The notes under the pieces: model-generated
What the model saw: the letters and a program-made list of their open reading frames with translations, nothing else
Databases searched by the model: none
What the model was told of the DNA's origin: nothing
Origin: an uncultured Gemmatimonadaceae bacterium
GTDB taxonomy: Bacteria; Gemmatimonadota; Gemmatimonadetes; Longimicrobiales; RSA9
Length of the DNA: 64,000 nucleotides
Reading direction: 5' to 3'
Assembly (NCBI GenBank): GCA_964410055.1
Contig: CAYPGK010000004.1
Span: forward strand, 2,831-66,830
Shown here: piece by piece, positions 21,386-31,180 of the stretch
Position numbering within the stretch: position 1 is the stretch's first letter
How the letters are laid out: each line of letters starts with the position of its first letter
Program-made: the position numbers and the translations under genes

Positions 21386-21813
21386 GTCTTCTCCTCAGTC
21401 GATTCGGGTTCGCGATGGAGCACCATCGTGATGGAGTTGCCGCGCTCGTTGAACTCGACGCGGTCCATCAGGGTGCGGATGAGATAGATGCCGCGACCGC
21501 AGGGCCGCGTGAGGTTGCAAGGGAGCGTCGGGTCCGGGAGCGAGTCCGGGTCGAAGCCGCGGCCTTCGTCCGTCACCCGCACCACGACCGCTTCGGCGGC
21601 GACCTTCGCCTCGACGAGGACCCGCTTCCGCGGATCGCGCGCGTTGCCGTAGAGCATGGCGTTGGACAACGCCTCGGTGACGCCCACGCGGAGCTTGAGG
21701 CCGACGCGCTCGCAGTCGAAGCCGGCCTCGTTGCAGCGGGCCATCAGATACTCGACCGCGCGCTCGATCGCCTGCAGATCGTTGGGCAGCTCCAGTACGA
21801 AGTTGGCACGCAT
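21373..21813 (-). CDS. anti-sigma regulatory factor-type Ser/Thr kinase (RsbW/SpoIIAB-like, HATPase_c)
   Basis: 146 aa; EALSNAMLYG (N-box), VTDEGRGFD (G1) and GRGIYLI (G2). Confidence 0.85.
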   Translation of the reverse strand: MRANFVLELPNDLQAIERAVEYLMARCNEAGFDCERVGLKLRVGVTEALSNAMLYGNARDPRKRVLVEAKVAAEAVVVRVTDEGRGFDPDSLPDPTLPCNLTRPCGRGIYLIRTLMDRVEFNERGNSITMVLHREPESTEEKTWAQ

Positions 21814-21855
21814 GGGACTCGACAGGGGACCCGTCCGTCGGGGCGGTCGCTCGGG

Positions 21856-21919
21856 CCGGCCGCCCCGTCACGCCGCCGAATGCCGGCGGCCGGGCCGTGA
21901 CGGGCGGCCGGTGTTTTCC
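21856..21919 (+). other. long GC-rich imperfect hairpin with a T-run on the plus strand (terminator-like, orientation opposite to the flanking genes)
   Basis: CCGGCCGCCCCGTCAC-GCCGCC-gaatgcc-GGCGGC-cgggcc-GTGACGGGCGGCCGG followed by TGTTTTCC. It sits in the 143-bp spacer between the STAS gene and the RsbW-like gene. Confidence 0.4.
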
Positions 21920-21956
21920 TTGGGGAAGTTAACGCCCGTAGCGGAAAAACGGTAGG

Positions 21957-22289
21957 TCAGAACGAGGAAAGCGCCTCGTCGCGGCTCTTCGAGATCTGGA
22001 ACAGCGTGTCCAACTTGGTGAGTTCGAAGAGCGTGCGCAGGTCCTCGTTCAGGTTGGCCAGACGGAGCTCGCCGCCCTGTTCGCGGATCTTCTTCGACAG
22101 ACTGACGAGCACGCCGAGCCCCGAGGAATCGATGTAGCCGGTCTGTGCGAAGTCGATCAGGAACTTGCGCTCGCCGCCCTCCAGCTCCTGGAGCACCTTT
22201 TGTTTGAGCTCCTGCCGGTTGCCGACGATGAGCTGTCCTTCCACGTCGATGATGGTGACGTCGTTCTCTTTCTTCACAGCAAAGCTCAT
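21957..22289 (-). CDS. STAS-domain anti-sigma-factor antagonist (RsbV/SpoIIAA-like)
   Basis: 110 aa from ATG 22289 (MSFAVKKENDVTIIDVEGQLIV...), preceded by GGGGAG. The phosphorylatable-Ser region is YIDSSGLGVL. Confidence 0.88.
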   Translation of the reverse strand: MSFAVKKENDVTIIDVEGQLIVGNRQELKQKVLQELEGGERKFLIDFAQTGYIDSSGLGVLVSLSKKIREQGGELRLANLNEDLRTLFELTKLDTLFQISKSRDEALSSF

Positions 22290-22365
22290 GGCTCCCCCGT
22301 CGCACGAGTGTAGTCGCAGTTTGGCGCCCGGCCGCTCGGCGGGCAATTTCGGTGCCGGCCGCGGC

Positions 22366-23358
22366 CTAGGCCTGGAGCGCGGTAATGCACGCCACATCCA
22401 TAATGTCACCCGCGCTCGCTCCACGCGAGAGGTCGTTGAACGGCCGGGCGAGGCCCTGGACGATCGGCCCGAGCGCGGTGGCGCCGGCGAGCCGCTCGAC
22501 GAGCTTGTAGGCGATGTTGCCCGCGTCGAGATCCGGGAAGATCAGGACGTTGGCCCGGCCGTCCAGCGGCGAGTCGGGCGCCTTGCGGCGGGCGACGTCG
22601 CTGATCAGCGCCGCGTCGGCCTGGAGCTCGCCGTCGGCGGCGACGTCCGGCTCCAGTTCCCGGAACCGCGCGAGCGCCTCGCGCATCTTGGTCACGCTCG
22701 GCCCCTCGGCGCTGCCGCGCGTCGAGTACGAGAGGAACGCGACGCGCGGCTCGTCGCCTACGATGCGCCGCCGGTCGGCGACCGCCGCGCGAGCGATGTC
22801 GGCGAGGGTGGCCGCGTCCGGATCCGGGTTCACGCCCGCATCCGCGAAGGTGAGCACCTCCTCGTCGGGCCCGCGGAACGGCGGCACGACCATGTAGAAG
22901 GAGGACGACACCCGCTGGATCCCGGGCGCGGCGCCGATGCAGCGGAGCGCCGCGCGGAGCACGTCGGCGGTCGAATGCACGGCGCCCGCAACGGCGCCGT
23001 CGGCCTCACCGGATTGGACCAGTAGCGCACCGAAGAAGAGCGGGTCGGTCACGCGCTCGTCGGCTTCAGCGCGCGTCATCCCGCGTGCCGCGCAGAGCCG
23101 GTGGAGCAGTGCGCCCAGCTCGTCCCGGCGCGGGTCGCGGAAGGGATCGGCGATCTCGACGGCATCCGGGTCGCCGCCGGCGTCGGCCAGCCCCTGGCGA
23201 GTCTTGTCGACCGGACCGAGGAGGATCGGCCGGACCAGCTCGTCGCGCTGGAGTCGGGCGACGGCGGCCAGCGTGCGCTCGTCTGCGCCCTCGGGGAAGA
23301 CGATCCGCCTGCGGACGGCGCCCGCGCGGGCCCGCACGCCCTCGAGGAACGCGCTCAC
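22366..23358 (-). CDS. pta: phosphate acetyltransferase (PTA_PTB family, short form)
   Basis: 330 aa from GTG 23358, with a GTGA overlap on the coaD stop. Motifs: [12 protein letters not shown] and C-terminal [23 protein letters not shown]. The upstream part of the track ORF overlaps coaD. Confidence 0.88.
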   Translation of the reverse strand: MSAFLEGVRARAGAVRRRIVFPEGADERTLAAVARLQRDELVRPILLGPVDKTRQGLADAGGDPDAVEIADPFRDPRRDELGALLHRLCAARGMTRAEADERVTDPLFFGALLVQSGEADGAVAGAVHSTADVLRAALRCIGAAPGIQRVSSSFYMVVPPFRGPDEEVLTFADAGVNPDPDAATLADIARAAVADRRRIVGDEPRVAFLSYSTRGSAEGPSVTKMREALARFRELEPDVAADGELQADAALISDVARRKAPDSPLDGRANVLIFPDLDAGNIAYKLVERLAGATALGPIVQGLARPFNDLSRGASAGDIMDVACITALQA

Positions 23359-23870
23359 GCCCCGCTCCGTTCCCGGTGCTTGGCGACCAGCCGGTCGCGC
23401 ACGATCGGCGAGACGAACTCCCCCACCTCGCCGCCGAGCAGCGCGATCTCGCGCACCAGAGAGGCGGAGAGGAAGGAGTATCTCACGTCCGGCGCGAGGA
23501 AGAGCGTCTCGATCCCGGGCATGAGCTGCCGGTTCATGAGCGCCATTTGGAACTCGTACTCGAAGTCGGAGACGGCGCGCAGCCCGCGCACGATGAGCGA
23601 GGCGCCGCGCTCGCGGGCGAAGTCGACCAGCAGCCCCTCGAACTCGGCGACCTCGACGCGCGGCTCGTCGGCGAAGACCTCGCGGATCATGGCGACGCGC
23701 TCGTCGATCGTGAAGAGTCCGCGCTTCACGTGCGTCGCACTGTGGGCCACGGCCACGATGAGCCGGTCGACGAAGCGCAGCGCGCGGTGCACGATGTCCT
23801 CGTGGCCGTTCGTGATCGGGTCGAACGAGCCCGGGTAGATCGCGGTCCGTCCGTGAGTGGCTGTCGTCAT
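23355..23870 (-). CDS. coaD: pantetheine-phosphate adenylyltransferase
   Basis: 171 aa; [18 protein letters not shown] and [15 protein letters not shown] overlap with the rsmD stop. Confidence 0.95.
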   Translation of the reverse strand: MTTATHGRTAIYPGSFDPITNGHEDIVHRALRFVDRLIVAVAHSATHVKRGLFTIDERVAMIREVFADEPRVEVAEFEGLLVDFARERGASLIVRGLRAVSDFEYEFQMALMNRQLMPGIETLFLAPDVRYSFLSASLVREIALLGGEVGEFVSPIVRDRLVAKHRERSGA

Positions 23871-24394
23871 TCGGGTGCGGGGATGGAGGTGAGTGCCGTG
23901 TCGCCGTAGCGCCGGGTCCGCGCGCCCGGCAGCTCCGGCATGGGCTCGTTCGCCCGGTGTTCGATCCATAGCCAGCCGGCGAACGGCCGCGCCGCGAACG
24001 TTCGGGCCAGCGTCTCGGCGTAGCCGTGCCCGTACGGCGGGTCGGCGAGCGCCACGTCGAAGGAGAACGGCTCGAGCCGCTGCGCGTAGGCGATGGCATC
24101 TGCGCGCACGACGGTCGCCTGGTCCTCGGCGCCGAGCCGTTCGATGTTCGCGCGCAGCGCGCGCAGCGCGCCGCCCGCCCGTTCGACGAACGTCGCGTGC
24201 TCGGCGCCGCGGCTCAACGCTTCCAGGCCGAGCGCGCCCGAGCCGGCGAAGAGGTCCAGCACCCTCGCGCCGGGCAGCTCCGGCTGGAGCGCGCTCATCC
24301 ACGCCTCCCGGATCCGGTCGGTCGTGGGACGCGTGTCCCGCCCCGGCGGCGCCTCGATCCGCCGTCCGCGCCAGCGACCGGCGATGATCCTCAT
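23867..24394 (-). CDS. rsmD: 16S rRNA (guanine966-N2)-methyltransferase
   Basis: 175 aa; [33 protein letters not shown] and ADPPY. ATGA overlap with the recJ stop. Confidence 0.92.
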   Translation of the reverse strand: MRIIAGRWRGRRIEAPPGRDTRPTTDRIREAWMSALQPELPGARVLDLFAGSGALGLEALSRGAEHATFVERAGGALRALRANIERLGAEDQATVVRADAIAYAQRLEPFSFDVALADPPYGHGYAETLARTFAARPFAGWLWIEHRANEPMPELPGARTRRYGDTALTSIPAPE

Positions 24395-26148
24395 TCCGCC
24401 GGCCGCAAGTCGACCAGCTTCGCCTGCAGCTCGGTCCGCCCGTTCCAGCGGTTCTCCTGGAGCTGGAACGCCACGTCCAGCCGCTGACGGCCGAGGTCGA
24501 GGTCGCCGATGCGGTCGGCCATGCGGAAGCCGATCGCGCCGAGGCGCGTGCCGTCCTGTGCGAGCTCCAGCTTGAGGTGCCCGTCGCCGACGACGCGCGG
24601 CGAGCCGTTCACGCCGACACCTCGCGCCACCAGGACCGGCGTCGGGTTGCCCACACCGAACGGCCCGAAGTGGCGGAGCAGATGGTACAACTCCTCGTTC
24701 GCCGCCCGCAACGGCAGCTCGAGGTCGTACTTCACCTCCGGGATCAGGTCGTCCGGACCCAGGACCGTGTGGGCGTAGGCGTCGAACGCTTCGCGGAACG
24801 CGTCGACGCGGTCGGGGAGGATGTCGAGCCCGGCCGCGGCCGCGTGGCCGCCGTAGCGGAGCAGGTGCTCGCCGCACGCGTGCAGCGCTTCGTAGAGGTG
24901 GAAGCCCGGGATCGAGCGCGCGCTCCCTCGCGACGGGCCGCCCGCCGGATCGAGGGCAATCAGCACGACCGGCCTGTGGATCCGCTCGACGACCCGCGAG
25001 GCGACGATCCCGATCACGCCCGGGTGCCAGCCACCGGCGGCGAGGACGACGGCGCGGTCGCGCTCCGGGTCGTAGTCCGCCTCCAGCAGCTCGAGCGCCT
25101 CGGCGAGCATCTCGCGGTCGACCGCCTGCCTCCGCCGGTTCTCCTCATCGAGCATCTGCGCGATGCGGTCCGCCTCGACCTCGGACTCGGTGAGCAGCAG
25201 CTCTACGCCGAGCGACGCCTCGCCCATCCGCCCGACGGCATTGATCCGCGGCGCGACCACGTGCCCGACCTGGCCGGCGCTCAGGGGCGCGTCGTCCCCG
25301 GACGCGAGGCCGGCGCGCCGGAGCAGCGCCCGGAGCCCCGGGTTGCGCGTCTGCGGCATGAGCCGTAGCCCGTAGCGCACGAACGCCCGGTTCTCATCCA
25401 GGAGCGGCGCCAGGTCGGCCACCGTCGCCAGCGCGACGAGGTCGAGGTAGTAGAGCAACGCGTCCGGGTCCACGCCCCGCGCCGTATACAGCGCCTCGCA
25501 GAGCTTGTAGGCGACACCCGCGCCGGCGAGCCCCTTGTACGGGTATGCGCAGTCGGGTCGGTTCGGGTTGACCACCGCCGCCGCGGGGGGGAGCGTGTCG
25601 CCCGGCGTGTGATGGTCGGTCACGACGACGTCGATCCCGGCCGCCGCCGCATCGGCGATCGCGTCGTGCGCCAGGATCCCGCAGTCGCCCGTCACGATGA
25701 GGGTTGCGCCGACCTCGCGCGCGCGACGCACGCCCGCGGGGCCGAGGTCGTAGCCGTCTCTCATCCGGCTCGGCACGAACGGCTCGACGCGGCCGCCGAG
25801 CGCACGGAGCGCCCGGGTGAAGATCGAGGCCGCGCAGATCCCGTCGACGTCGTAGTCGCCGTGGACGAGGATCGTCTCACCGCGGCGAATGGCCGTGTCC
25901 AGGCGCTCGACCGCCTGCTCCATCCCGGCGAGCATGAATGGGTCGTGGAGCTGGTCGAGACGCGGACGCAGGAAGCGCTTGGCGGCATCTTCGTCGGCGT
26001 AGCCGCGCGAAACGAGGAGCCGGCACGCCTCTTCGGGCAGCCGGAGCGCGCGCCCGAGCGACGCCGCGGCCGCGTCGGAGGCGACGCCGCGCAGCACCCA
26101 GCGCCGGGGCGGATTCGTTACGTTCGTCGAGTGAGGCATCGGCGCCAA
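24391..26148 (-). CDS. recJ: single-stranded-DNA-specific exonuclease RecJ
   Basis: 585 aa; DHH motifs (ILVHGDYDVDG, IVTGDCG, VVVTDHH) and DHHA1 (GGHAAAAG). Confidence 0.95.
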   Translation of the reverse strand: MAPMPHSTNVTNPPRRWVLRGVASDAAAASLGRALRLPEEACRLLVSRGYADEDAAKRFLRPRLDQLHDPFMLAGMEQAVERLDTAIRRGETILVHGDYDVDGICAASIFTRALRALGGRVEPFVPSRMRDGYDLGPAGVRRAREVGATLIVTGDCGILAHDAIADAAAAGIDVVVTDHHTPGDTLPPAAAVVNPNRPDCAYPYKGLAGAGVAYKLCEALYTARGVDPDALLYYLDLVALATVADLAPLLDENRAFVRYGLRLMPQTRNPGLRALLRRAGLASGDDAPLSAGQVGHVVAPRINAVGRMGEASLGVELLLTESEVEADRIAQMLDEENRRRQAVDREMLAEALELLEADYDPERDRAVVLAAGGWHPGVIGIVASRVVERIHRPVVLIALDPAGGPSRGSARSIPGFHLYEALHACGEHLLRYGGHAAAAGLDILPDRVDAFREAFDAYAHTVLGPDDLIPEVKYDLELPLRAANEELYHLLRHFGPFGVGNPTPVLVARGVGVNGSPRVVGDGHLKLELAQDGTRLGAIGFRMADRIGDLDLGRQRLDVAFQLQENRWNGRTELQAKLVDLRPAE

Positions 26149-26212
26149 AGCTAGTGGCGCGCGCCGGGGCGAAGCAAGGCGACGACTGCCCGTACGCCGC
26201 GGCCCTGCGGCC

Positions 26213-26920
26213 TCACTGCGCGGGGGTCAGGATCACGCCGCACGCCTCGCAGCGCACCAGCGTCGTCGCCTGCTGGATCTCGACCTGCTGCTGGATCGGG
26301 ACCACGCCGAAGCAGTGGCCGCACGCCCCGTCCGCCGTGAGCGCCGTGATCACCACGCGCGTCTTTCCCGCGCGCACCCGCTCGTACAGCCGCGCCGCCA
26401 TCGGGTCGAGCCGCACCCGCTGGTTCTCCCGACGGTCCCGAAGCACCGCGAGCTCCCGTTCCAGTGCGCCGCGCGCCTCGAGCAGCTCCGCCCGCTTCGG
26501 CTCCATCTCCTCGCGCGCCTGGTCGAGCTTCTTCGCCAGCTCGTCCAGCTTCAGCTCCGTGCGCGTGAGCTCCTCCATCACCTGGATCGCCTCGGTCTCA
26601 TCCGCCTCGACCGCGGTCCGGATCAGGTGCAGCTCCGTCCGGATCGCCGCCTCCTCGCGCACGTTGCGAATCCGCTCGAGCCGCTCTTCGGTCCTCCGCA
26701 GGCGTTCCCGCTTGTCCTCCGCCGCGCGGTTCAGTCGGCGCGACGCCTCGCGCAGCTCCTCGAGACGGTTCCGCCCCGCGGCGATCTCACGCTCGAGCGC
26801 AACGACCGGCGCCTCGACTTCCTCGACCAGCGGATCGTACGCCGTCAGCTTGCCCTCGACTCCTACGATCTCCGCATCCAGCTCCTGGAGCGCCATCAGT
26901 GATCGGTAGAGTTCGTCCAT
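26213..26920 (-). CDS. coiled-coil protein with C-terminal C4 zinc ribbon (COG1579/DUF164-like)
   Basis: 235 aa; a long heptad-rich region followed by CGHC...CEAC. A strong GGGAAGGAG Shine-Dalgarno precedes the ATG. Confidence 0.8.
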   Translation of the reverse strand: MDELYRSLMALQELDAEIVGVEGKLTAYDPLVEEVEAPVVALEREIAAGRNRLEELREASRRLNRAAEDKRERLRRTEERLERIRNVREEAAIRTELHLIRTAVEADETEAIQVMEELTRTELKLDELAKKLDQAREEMEPKRAELLEARGALERELAVLRDRRENQRVRLDPMAARLYERVRAGKTRVVITALTADGACGHCFGVVPIQQQVEIQQATTLVRCEACGVILTPAQ

Positions 26921-26950
26921 GCTCCTTCCCTTGGTGGGGGTGGAAAAGGT

Positions 26951-28768
26951 TCAGGCATTCGCCCGTAAGTACCTTCTATATCTGGCACTTAGCTTAAACC
27001 CCATACCTTTGAGCTCAGATCCGAGCTCGTGCAGCGCGCGGTTCACGTCCGTAAGCTCGCGCAGCACGTCGACGGCGCCGTCGCCGGCGGACTGGAGCTG
27101 CCGACGCAGGGCGTCCTTCCGCTCGAAGAGCGTCTGGGCGCGGAGGTCGCCGACGAGCTCGGCGAAGATCCGGTCGGCATCGCCCAGCTCCTCGGGGTCG
27201 CCGATGAGCCGCTGGAGCGCGTCGAGAGCGGGACCGGTGAGGCCGAGGATGTCGGGCGAACGGCCCTGGAGCCCACCGGTCTGGACGAGCGCCTCGAAAA
27301 TGGCGCGGTAGGCGGGATCGGCCAGATCCGTGGGCTGGAGCGCCTCGGCCGCTTTCGGGATGCGGGATTCATCGCGGAGCAGGAGCAGGATCAACTTCTT
27401 TTGTGCGGCCAGGCCCGCGGGCATGGACCGGTGCGGCCGCTCCGGGCGCTCGACTCGCCGGGCCGCGCGGGGCCGCTCGCCCGGCGCGGCGAGCAGTTCG
27501 GCCTCGAGCGTCTCGCGGCGCACGCCGGTCCGTTCGGCCACTCGTGCGACGTAGATGTCGCGGAGCGCCGGGTCGACGGCGGCGCGCAGCGTGGGGAGCA
27601 GGCCGTCGAGCGCCTTGCGTGTGCCCTCTGCGCCCTCGAAGTACCCACGCGAGTCGAGGATCTGGAGTTTGCGGTCGAGGACGTCGACGGCGGCGTCGAG
27701 GAACGGCTTCAGCGCCTTCGCGCCGCCCGCCCGGACCAGCGAGTCGGGGTCCTCGCCCGGCGGGAGGGTGACGACGAGGGGGTGGATGCGGGCCGTGAGC
27801 AGCGCGTCCGCGGTCCGGAACGTCGCGCGCAGCCCTGCGGCGTCGCTGTCGTAGAGGAGCAGCGCCTGGCGCGTGTAGCGCCCCAGGAGCGCGGCCTGCT
27901 CGGCGGTCATCGCGGTGCCCAGCCCAGCCACCACGTTCTCGACGCCGTGCGCGGCGAGGGAAACGTAGTCCATGTACCCTTCGACGACGAGCGCCGCGCC
28001 CTCCCGCCGGATCGCGCCCTTCGACCAGGCGATCCCGTAGAGGTGGCGCCCCTTGTTGTAGACCGGCGTCTCGGGCGAGTTGAGGTACTTGGGCGCGCCC
28101 TCCCGCGCGCGCCCGAGGATGCGCCCGCCGAAGGCGATGATCCGCCCGCCCGGATCGGCGATCGGGAAGATCAGCCGGTCACGCAGCCGGTCGTAGGGCT
28201 CGTCGACTCGCTCGCTCGTCTTGACGAGCCCGGCCTCCAGGAGCACGTCGTCGGTGATTCCGTGCCTGGCCGCCGCATCGCGCAGCGCGCGCCAGTCGTC
28301 GGGAGCGTAACCCAGACGGAAGCGGCGTGCCACCTCCTCGGAAACGCCACGCCGCTCGAGGTACTCGCGCGCCTTCCGGCCCGCCGATTCCCAGAGGCGC
28401 TCCTCGTAGAAATCGACGGCGAACGCGATCGCCTCGTACAGAACGCGGTAGGGGTCCTCGGTCGGACGCGACGCGGATGTGTCCGGGATCTCGATCCCCA
28501 CGCGCTCGGCCACCTTGCGGACCGCGTCCTGGAAGCCGAGCCCGGCGTGTTTCATCAGGAAGGTGTAGACGTCGCCCGCCTCGCCGCAACCGAAGCATTT
28601 GTAGAAGCCCCGCGCGGGCACGACGTGGAAGGAAGGGGTCTTCTCCTTGTGGAACGGGCAGTTCGCCCAGTAGCTGCTCCCCTTCTTCTTGAGCGGGACG
28701 TACTCCCCGACGATCTCGACGATGTCGGCGCGTTCGCGCACCTCTTCGACGATCGTCTCCGGGATCAT
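26951..28768 (-). CDS. dnaG: DNA primase
   Basis: Zinc finger CPFHKEKTPSFHV...CFGCG and TOPRIM region LVVEGYMDY...LLYDSDAAG. ATGA overlap with the mutS2 stop. Confidence 0.96.
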   Translation of the reverse strand: MIPETIVEEVRERADIVEIVGEYVPLKKKGSSYWANCPFHKEKTPSFHVVPARGFYKCFGCGEAGDVYTFLMKHAGLGFQDAVRKVAERVGIEIPDTSASRPTEDPYRVLYEAIAFAVDFYEERLWESAGRKAREYLERRGVSEEVARRFRLGYAPDDWRALRDAAARHGITDDVLLEAGLVKTSERVDEPYDRLRDRLIFPIADPGGRIIAFGGRILGRAREGAPKYLNSPETPVYNKGRHLYGIAWSKGAIRREGAALVVEGYMDYVSLAAHGVENVVAGLGTAMTAEQAALLGRYTRQALLLYDSDAAGLRATFRTADALLTARIHPLVVTLPPGEDPDSLVRAGGAKALKPFLDAAVDVLDRKLQILDSRGYFEGAEGTRKALDGLLPTLRAAVDPALRDIYVARVAERTGVRRETLEAELLAAPGERPRAARRVERPERPHRSMPAGLAAQKKLILLLLRDESRIPKAAEALQPTDLADPAYRAIFEALVQTGGLQGRSPDILGLTGPALDALQRLIGDPEELGDADRIFAELVGDLRAQTLFERKDALRRQLQSAGDGAVDVLRELTDVNRALHELGSELKGMGFKLSARYRRYLRANA

Positions 28769-31140
28769 TCGAGCTCCGCAATGGTGACGCCGGCGCCGCC
28801 CTCACGGGGCTCGCCCAGGCGATAGGACCGGACCTGTGGGTAATCGCGCAGCAGCTCCGTCACGCGCTCGCGCACCGCGCCGGTGCCCTTGCCGTGGATG
28901 ATGCGCAGCCAGGGCAGGTCGGCCAGGATCGCGGCGTCGAGCGCGGAGACGAGGCGGCCCTCGACCTCCTCGACGCGCAGCCCGCGCAGGTCGACCTCGG
29001 GGCTGGCCTGCACCTCGGGCGCGGACCACGCTCTCTGGCGCGGCTTCGGCTTTTCGCTCTCCTTCTCCTCGGGCAGCACCTCGAGCCCCGCCGCTGGGAC
29101 CTGGAGGCGGAGCCCGCCGGTCTCGACGGTCGCGCGGCCGTCGCGCAGCTCGACGACGCGGCCCGTCGCGCCCGTTGCGACGATGCGGACGCGCCGCCCG
29201 ATGGCCGGCGGCTCGGTCTGCGCGGCCGCCCGGCCGACCAGCTCGGCCTCGGGCGTGCGCTCGGCCTGCCGCCGCGCGGCCTCCTCGACCCGGCGGCGGG
29301 CACGGCGCGCGGCCTCGTCCAGCTCGGCCGTGTCCACCTCGGCCGCCTCGCGGACCTCCCGGATCGCGGCCTCGACCTGTTCGCGCGCCTGGAGCAGGAG
29401 GTCGCGCGCCTGCTGACGCGCGCGCCGCTCCGCGTCCTTCTCGCGCTTGCGGATCTGGTGCTCGCGCTCCTCCACGCGGCGGCGCAGGTCGAGCGCTTCG
29501 GCGCGCGCGGCCTCGGCCGCGGCGAGCGCTTCCGCCATCGCGCGCTCCTTTTCCTCCAGCTCGAGGAGCAGCTGCCCGACCTCGCGTTCGCCCTGCGGCA
29601 CGAACGACTCAGCCAGCGCGAGCAGGTCATCCGGGAACCCGAGCCGCCGTGCGATGGCCAGACCGTAGCTCCGGCCCGGCACGCCCTTGATCAGGCGGTA
29701 GGTCGGGCGCAGCTCCCGCGAGTCGAACTGGAGCGACGCGTTGACCACGCCCGGCTCCGTACTCGCCAGCATCTTGAGCTGCCCCAGGTGCGTCGTCGCG
29801 ACGGTGAAGGTGCCGCGCCGCGTCAGGTCGACCAGGATCGCCTGTGCGAGTGCGCCGCCCTCTGCGGGGTCGGTCCCGCTCCCGATCTCGTCGATCAGGA
29901 CCAGCGACTCCGCGTCCGCCTCGTCGACGATCTCGCGCAGGTTCTTCAGGTGCGCCGAGAAGGTCGACAGGCTCGCCTCGATCGACTGCTCGTCGCCGAT
30001 GTCGGCGAAGATATCGCGGAAGATCGGGAGCCGGCTCCCCTGCCCGATCGGCGGGATGATCCCGGCCTGCGCCATCGCGCTGATCAGGCCGATCGCCTTG
30101 AGGAGCACCGTCTTGCCGCCGGTGTTCGGCCCGGAGATCAGGAGGGTGCGCTCACCCGGCTCGAGCGCCAGGTCGAAGGGGACGACGGGGTCCGGCCCCG
30201 CGAGGAGCAGCGGATGACGGCCCTTCACCACCACGTACTCGCGCGAGCCGGGTGGGAGCAGCGTGGGGCGGCGGCCGTCGTACTCCAGCGCGTAGCGCGC
30301 CCGGGCGTAGAGCGAGTCCAGCGCGACCAGCGCCTCGAGTGCGACCTCCAGCGCCTCGCGGTGCGGGCGCAGCCGGTCCGTCAGCTCGCGGAGGATGCGC
30401 TGGACCTCGCGGGCCTCGGCCAGCTCCAGCTCGCGCAGGCGGTTCATCATCTCGATCGCGACCGGCGGCTCGACGAAGAGCGTGCCGCCGGTCGCGGACT
30501 CGTCGTGGACGATCCCGCCGACCTCGGAGCGCCCCTCGCGGCGCACCGGGATCACGTACCGCCCATCGCGGATGCTGATCGACGCATCGGCCACGCGCAC
30601 GCGCTCGGGCAGCGAGGCGATGTACGCCTCGAGCTTTTCGACGATGCGTGACCTCGCACCGCGGATCTCTCGCCGCAGCCGGGCGAGCTCCTTCGACGCC
30701 TCGTCGCGGACCTCGCCCGCGTCGTCGATCGCGCGGCGGATCGCCTTCTCTTCGTCCTCCAGCTTGAGCAGACGGCCCGCGATCTCCGCCAGGAGCGGGT
30801 AGTCGTCCGTGTGCTGCAGCAGCGCGCGGCGGCTCGTGCGCGAGGTGTGCATGAGCTTTTCCGCATCGCGCAGCATCGCGCCCTCCCAGACCGAGCCGGG
30901 GATCGCGAGGCGCCGCAGCGGCTCGCGCAGGTCGGGGATCGGCGACGCGAGCCACCCCTCGCTGCGGAGCAGGAAGCCGATCATCTGGTCGACGCGCCGC
31001 AGCTCGGGCTCGACCCACGCCGGCGCGTCCGACGGCTCGAGCGCGCGCACGGCCTCGGCGCCGAGCGGCGTGGCGGCGTACCCCGCCACGAGGTCCAGCG
31101 CCTCTGAAAACTGAAGGACTCGAAGCGCGTGACGATTCAT
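28765..31140 (-). CDS. mutS2: endonuclease MutS2 (MutS ATPase + Smr domain)
   Basis: 791 aa; Walker A GPNTGGKT, DEIGSGTDP and the C-terminal Smr domain (LRIIHGKGTGAVR). Confidence 0.95.
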   Translation of the reverse strand: MNRHALRVLQFSEALDLVAGYAATPLGAEAVRALEPSDAPAWVEPELRRVDQMIGFLLRSEGWLASPIPDLREPLRRLAIPGSVWEGAMLRDAEKLMHTSRTSRRALLQHTDDYPLLAEIAGRLLKLEDEEKAIRRAIDDAGEVRDEASKELARLRREIRGARSRIVEKLEAYIASLPERVRVADASISIRDGRYVIPVRREGRSEVGGIVHDESATGGTLFVEPPVAIEMMNRLRELELAEAREVQRILRELTDRLRPHREALEVALEALVALDSLYARARYALEYDGRRPTLLPPGSREYVVVKGRHPLLLAGPDPVVPFDLALEPGERTLLISGPNTGGKTVLLKAIGLISAMAQAGIIPPIGQGSRLPIFRDIFADIGDEQSIEASLSTFSAHLKNLREIVDEADAESLVLIDEIGSGTDPAEGGALAQAILVDLTRRGTFTVATTHLGQLKMLASTEPGVVNASLQFDSRELRPTYRLIKGVPGRSYGLAIARRLGFPDDLLALAESFVPQGEREVGQLLLELEEKERAMAEALAAAEAARAEALDLRRRVEEREHQIRKREKDAERRARQQARDLLLQAREQVEAAIREVREAAEVDTAELDEAARRARRRVEEAARRQAERTPEAELVGRAAAQTEPPAIGRRVRIVATGATGRVVELRDGRATVETGGLRLQVPAAGLEVLPEEKESEKPKPRQRAWSAPEVQASPEVDLRGLRVEEVEGRLVSALDAAILADLPWLRIIHGKGTGAVRERVTELLRDYPQVRSYRLGEPREGGAGVTIAELE

Positions 31141-31180
31141 GGATCCAGGTACCCCACAACCACCTCGGCGAGCCGCGACC

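Noticed and set aside
23359-24099. Long N-terminal extensions of track ORFs (pta to 24099; flippase 1 to 45860; GT2 to 56053; flippase 2 to 56736; GT2-B to 47605; APH-like to 48906; OMP to 42886; hbd to 10520; rsmA to 20001)
   Set aside because: The extensions overlap the upstream co-directional gene in another frame and are Arg/Pro-rich. In each case a start codon with a GTGA/ATGA overlap or a Shine-Dalgarno gives a protein of the length expected for its family.
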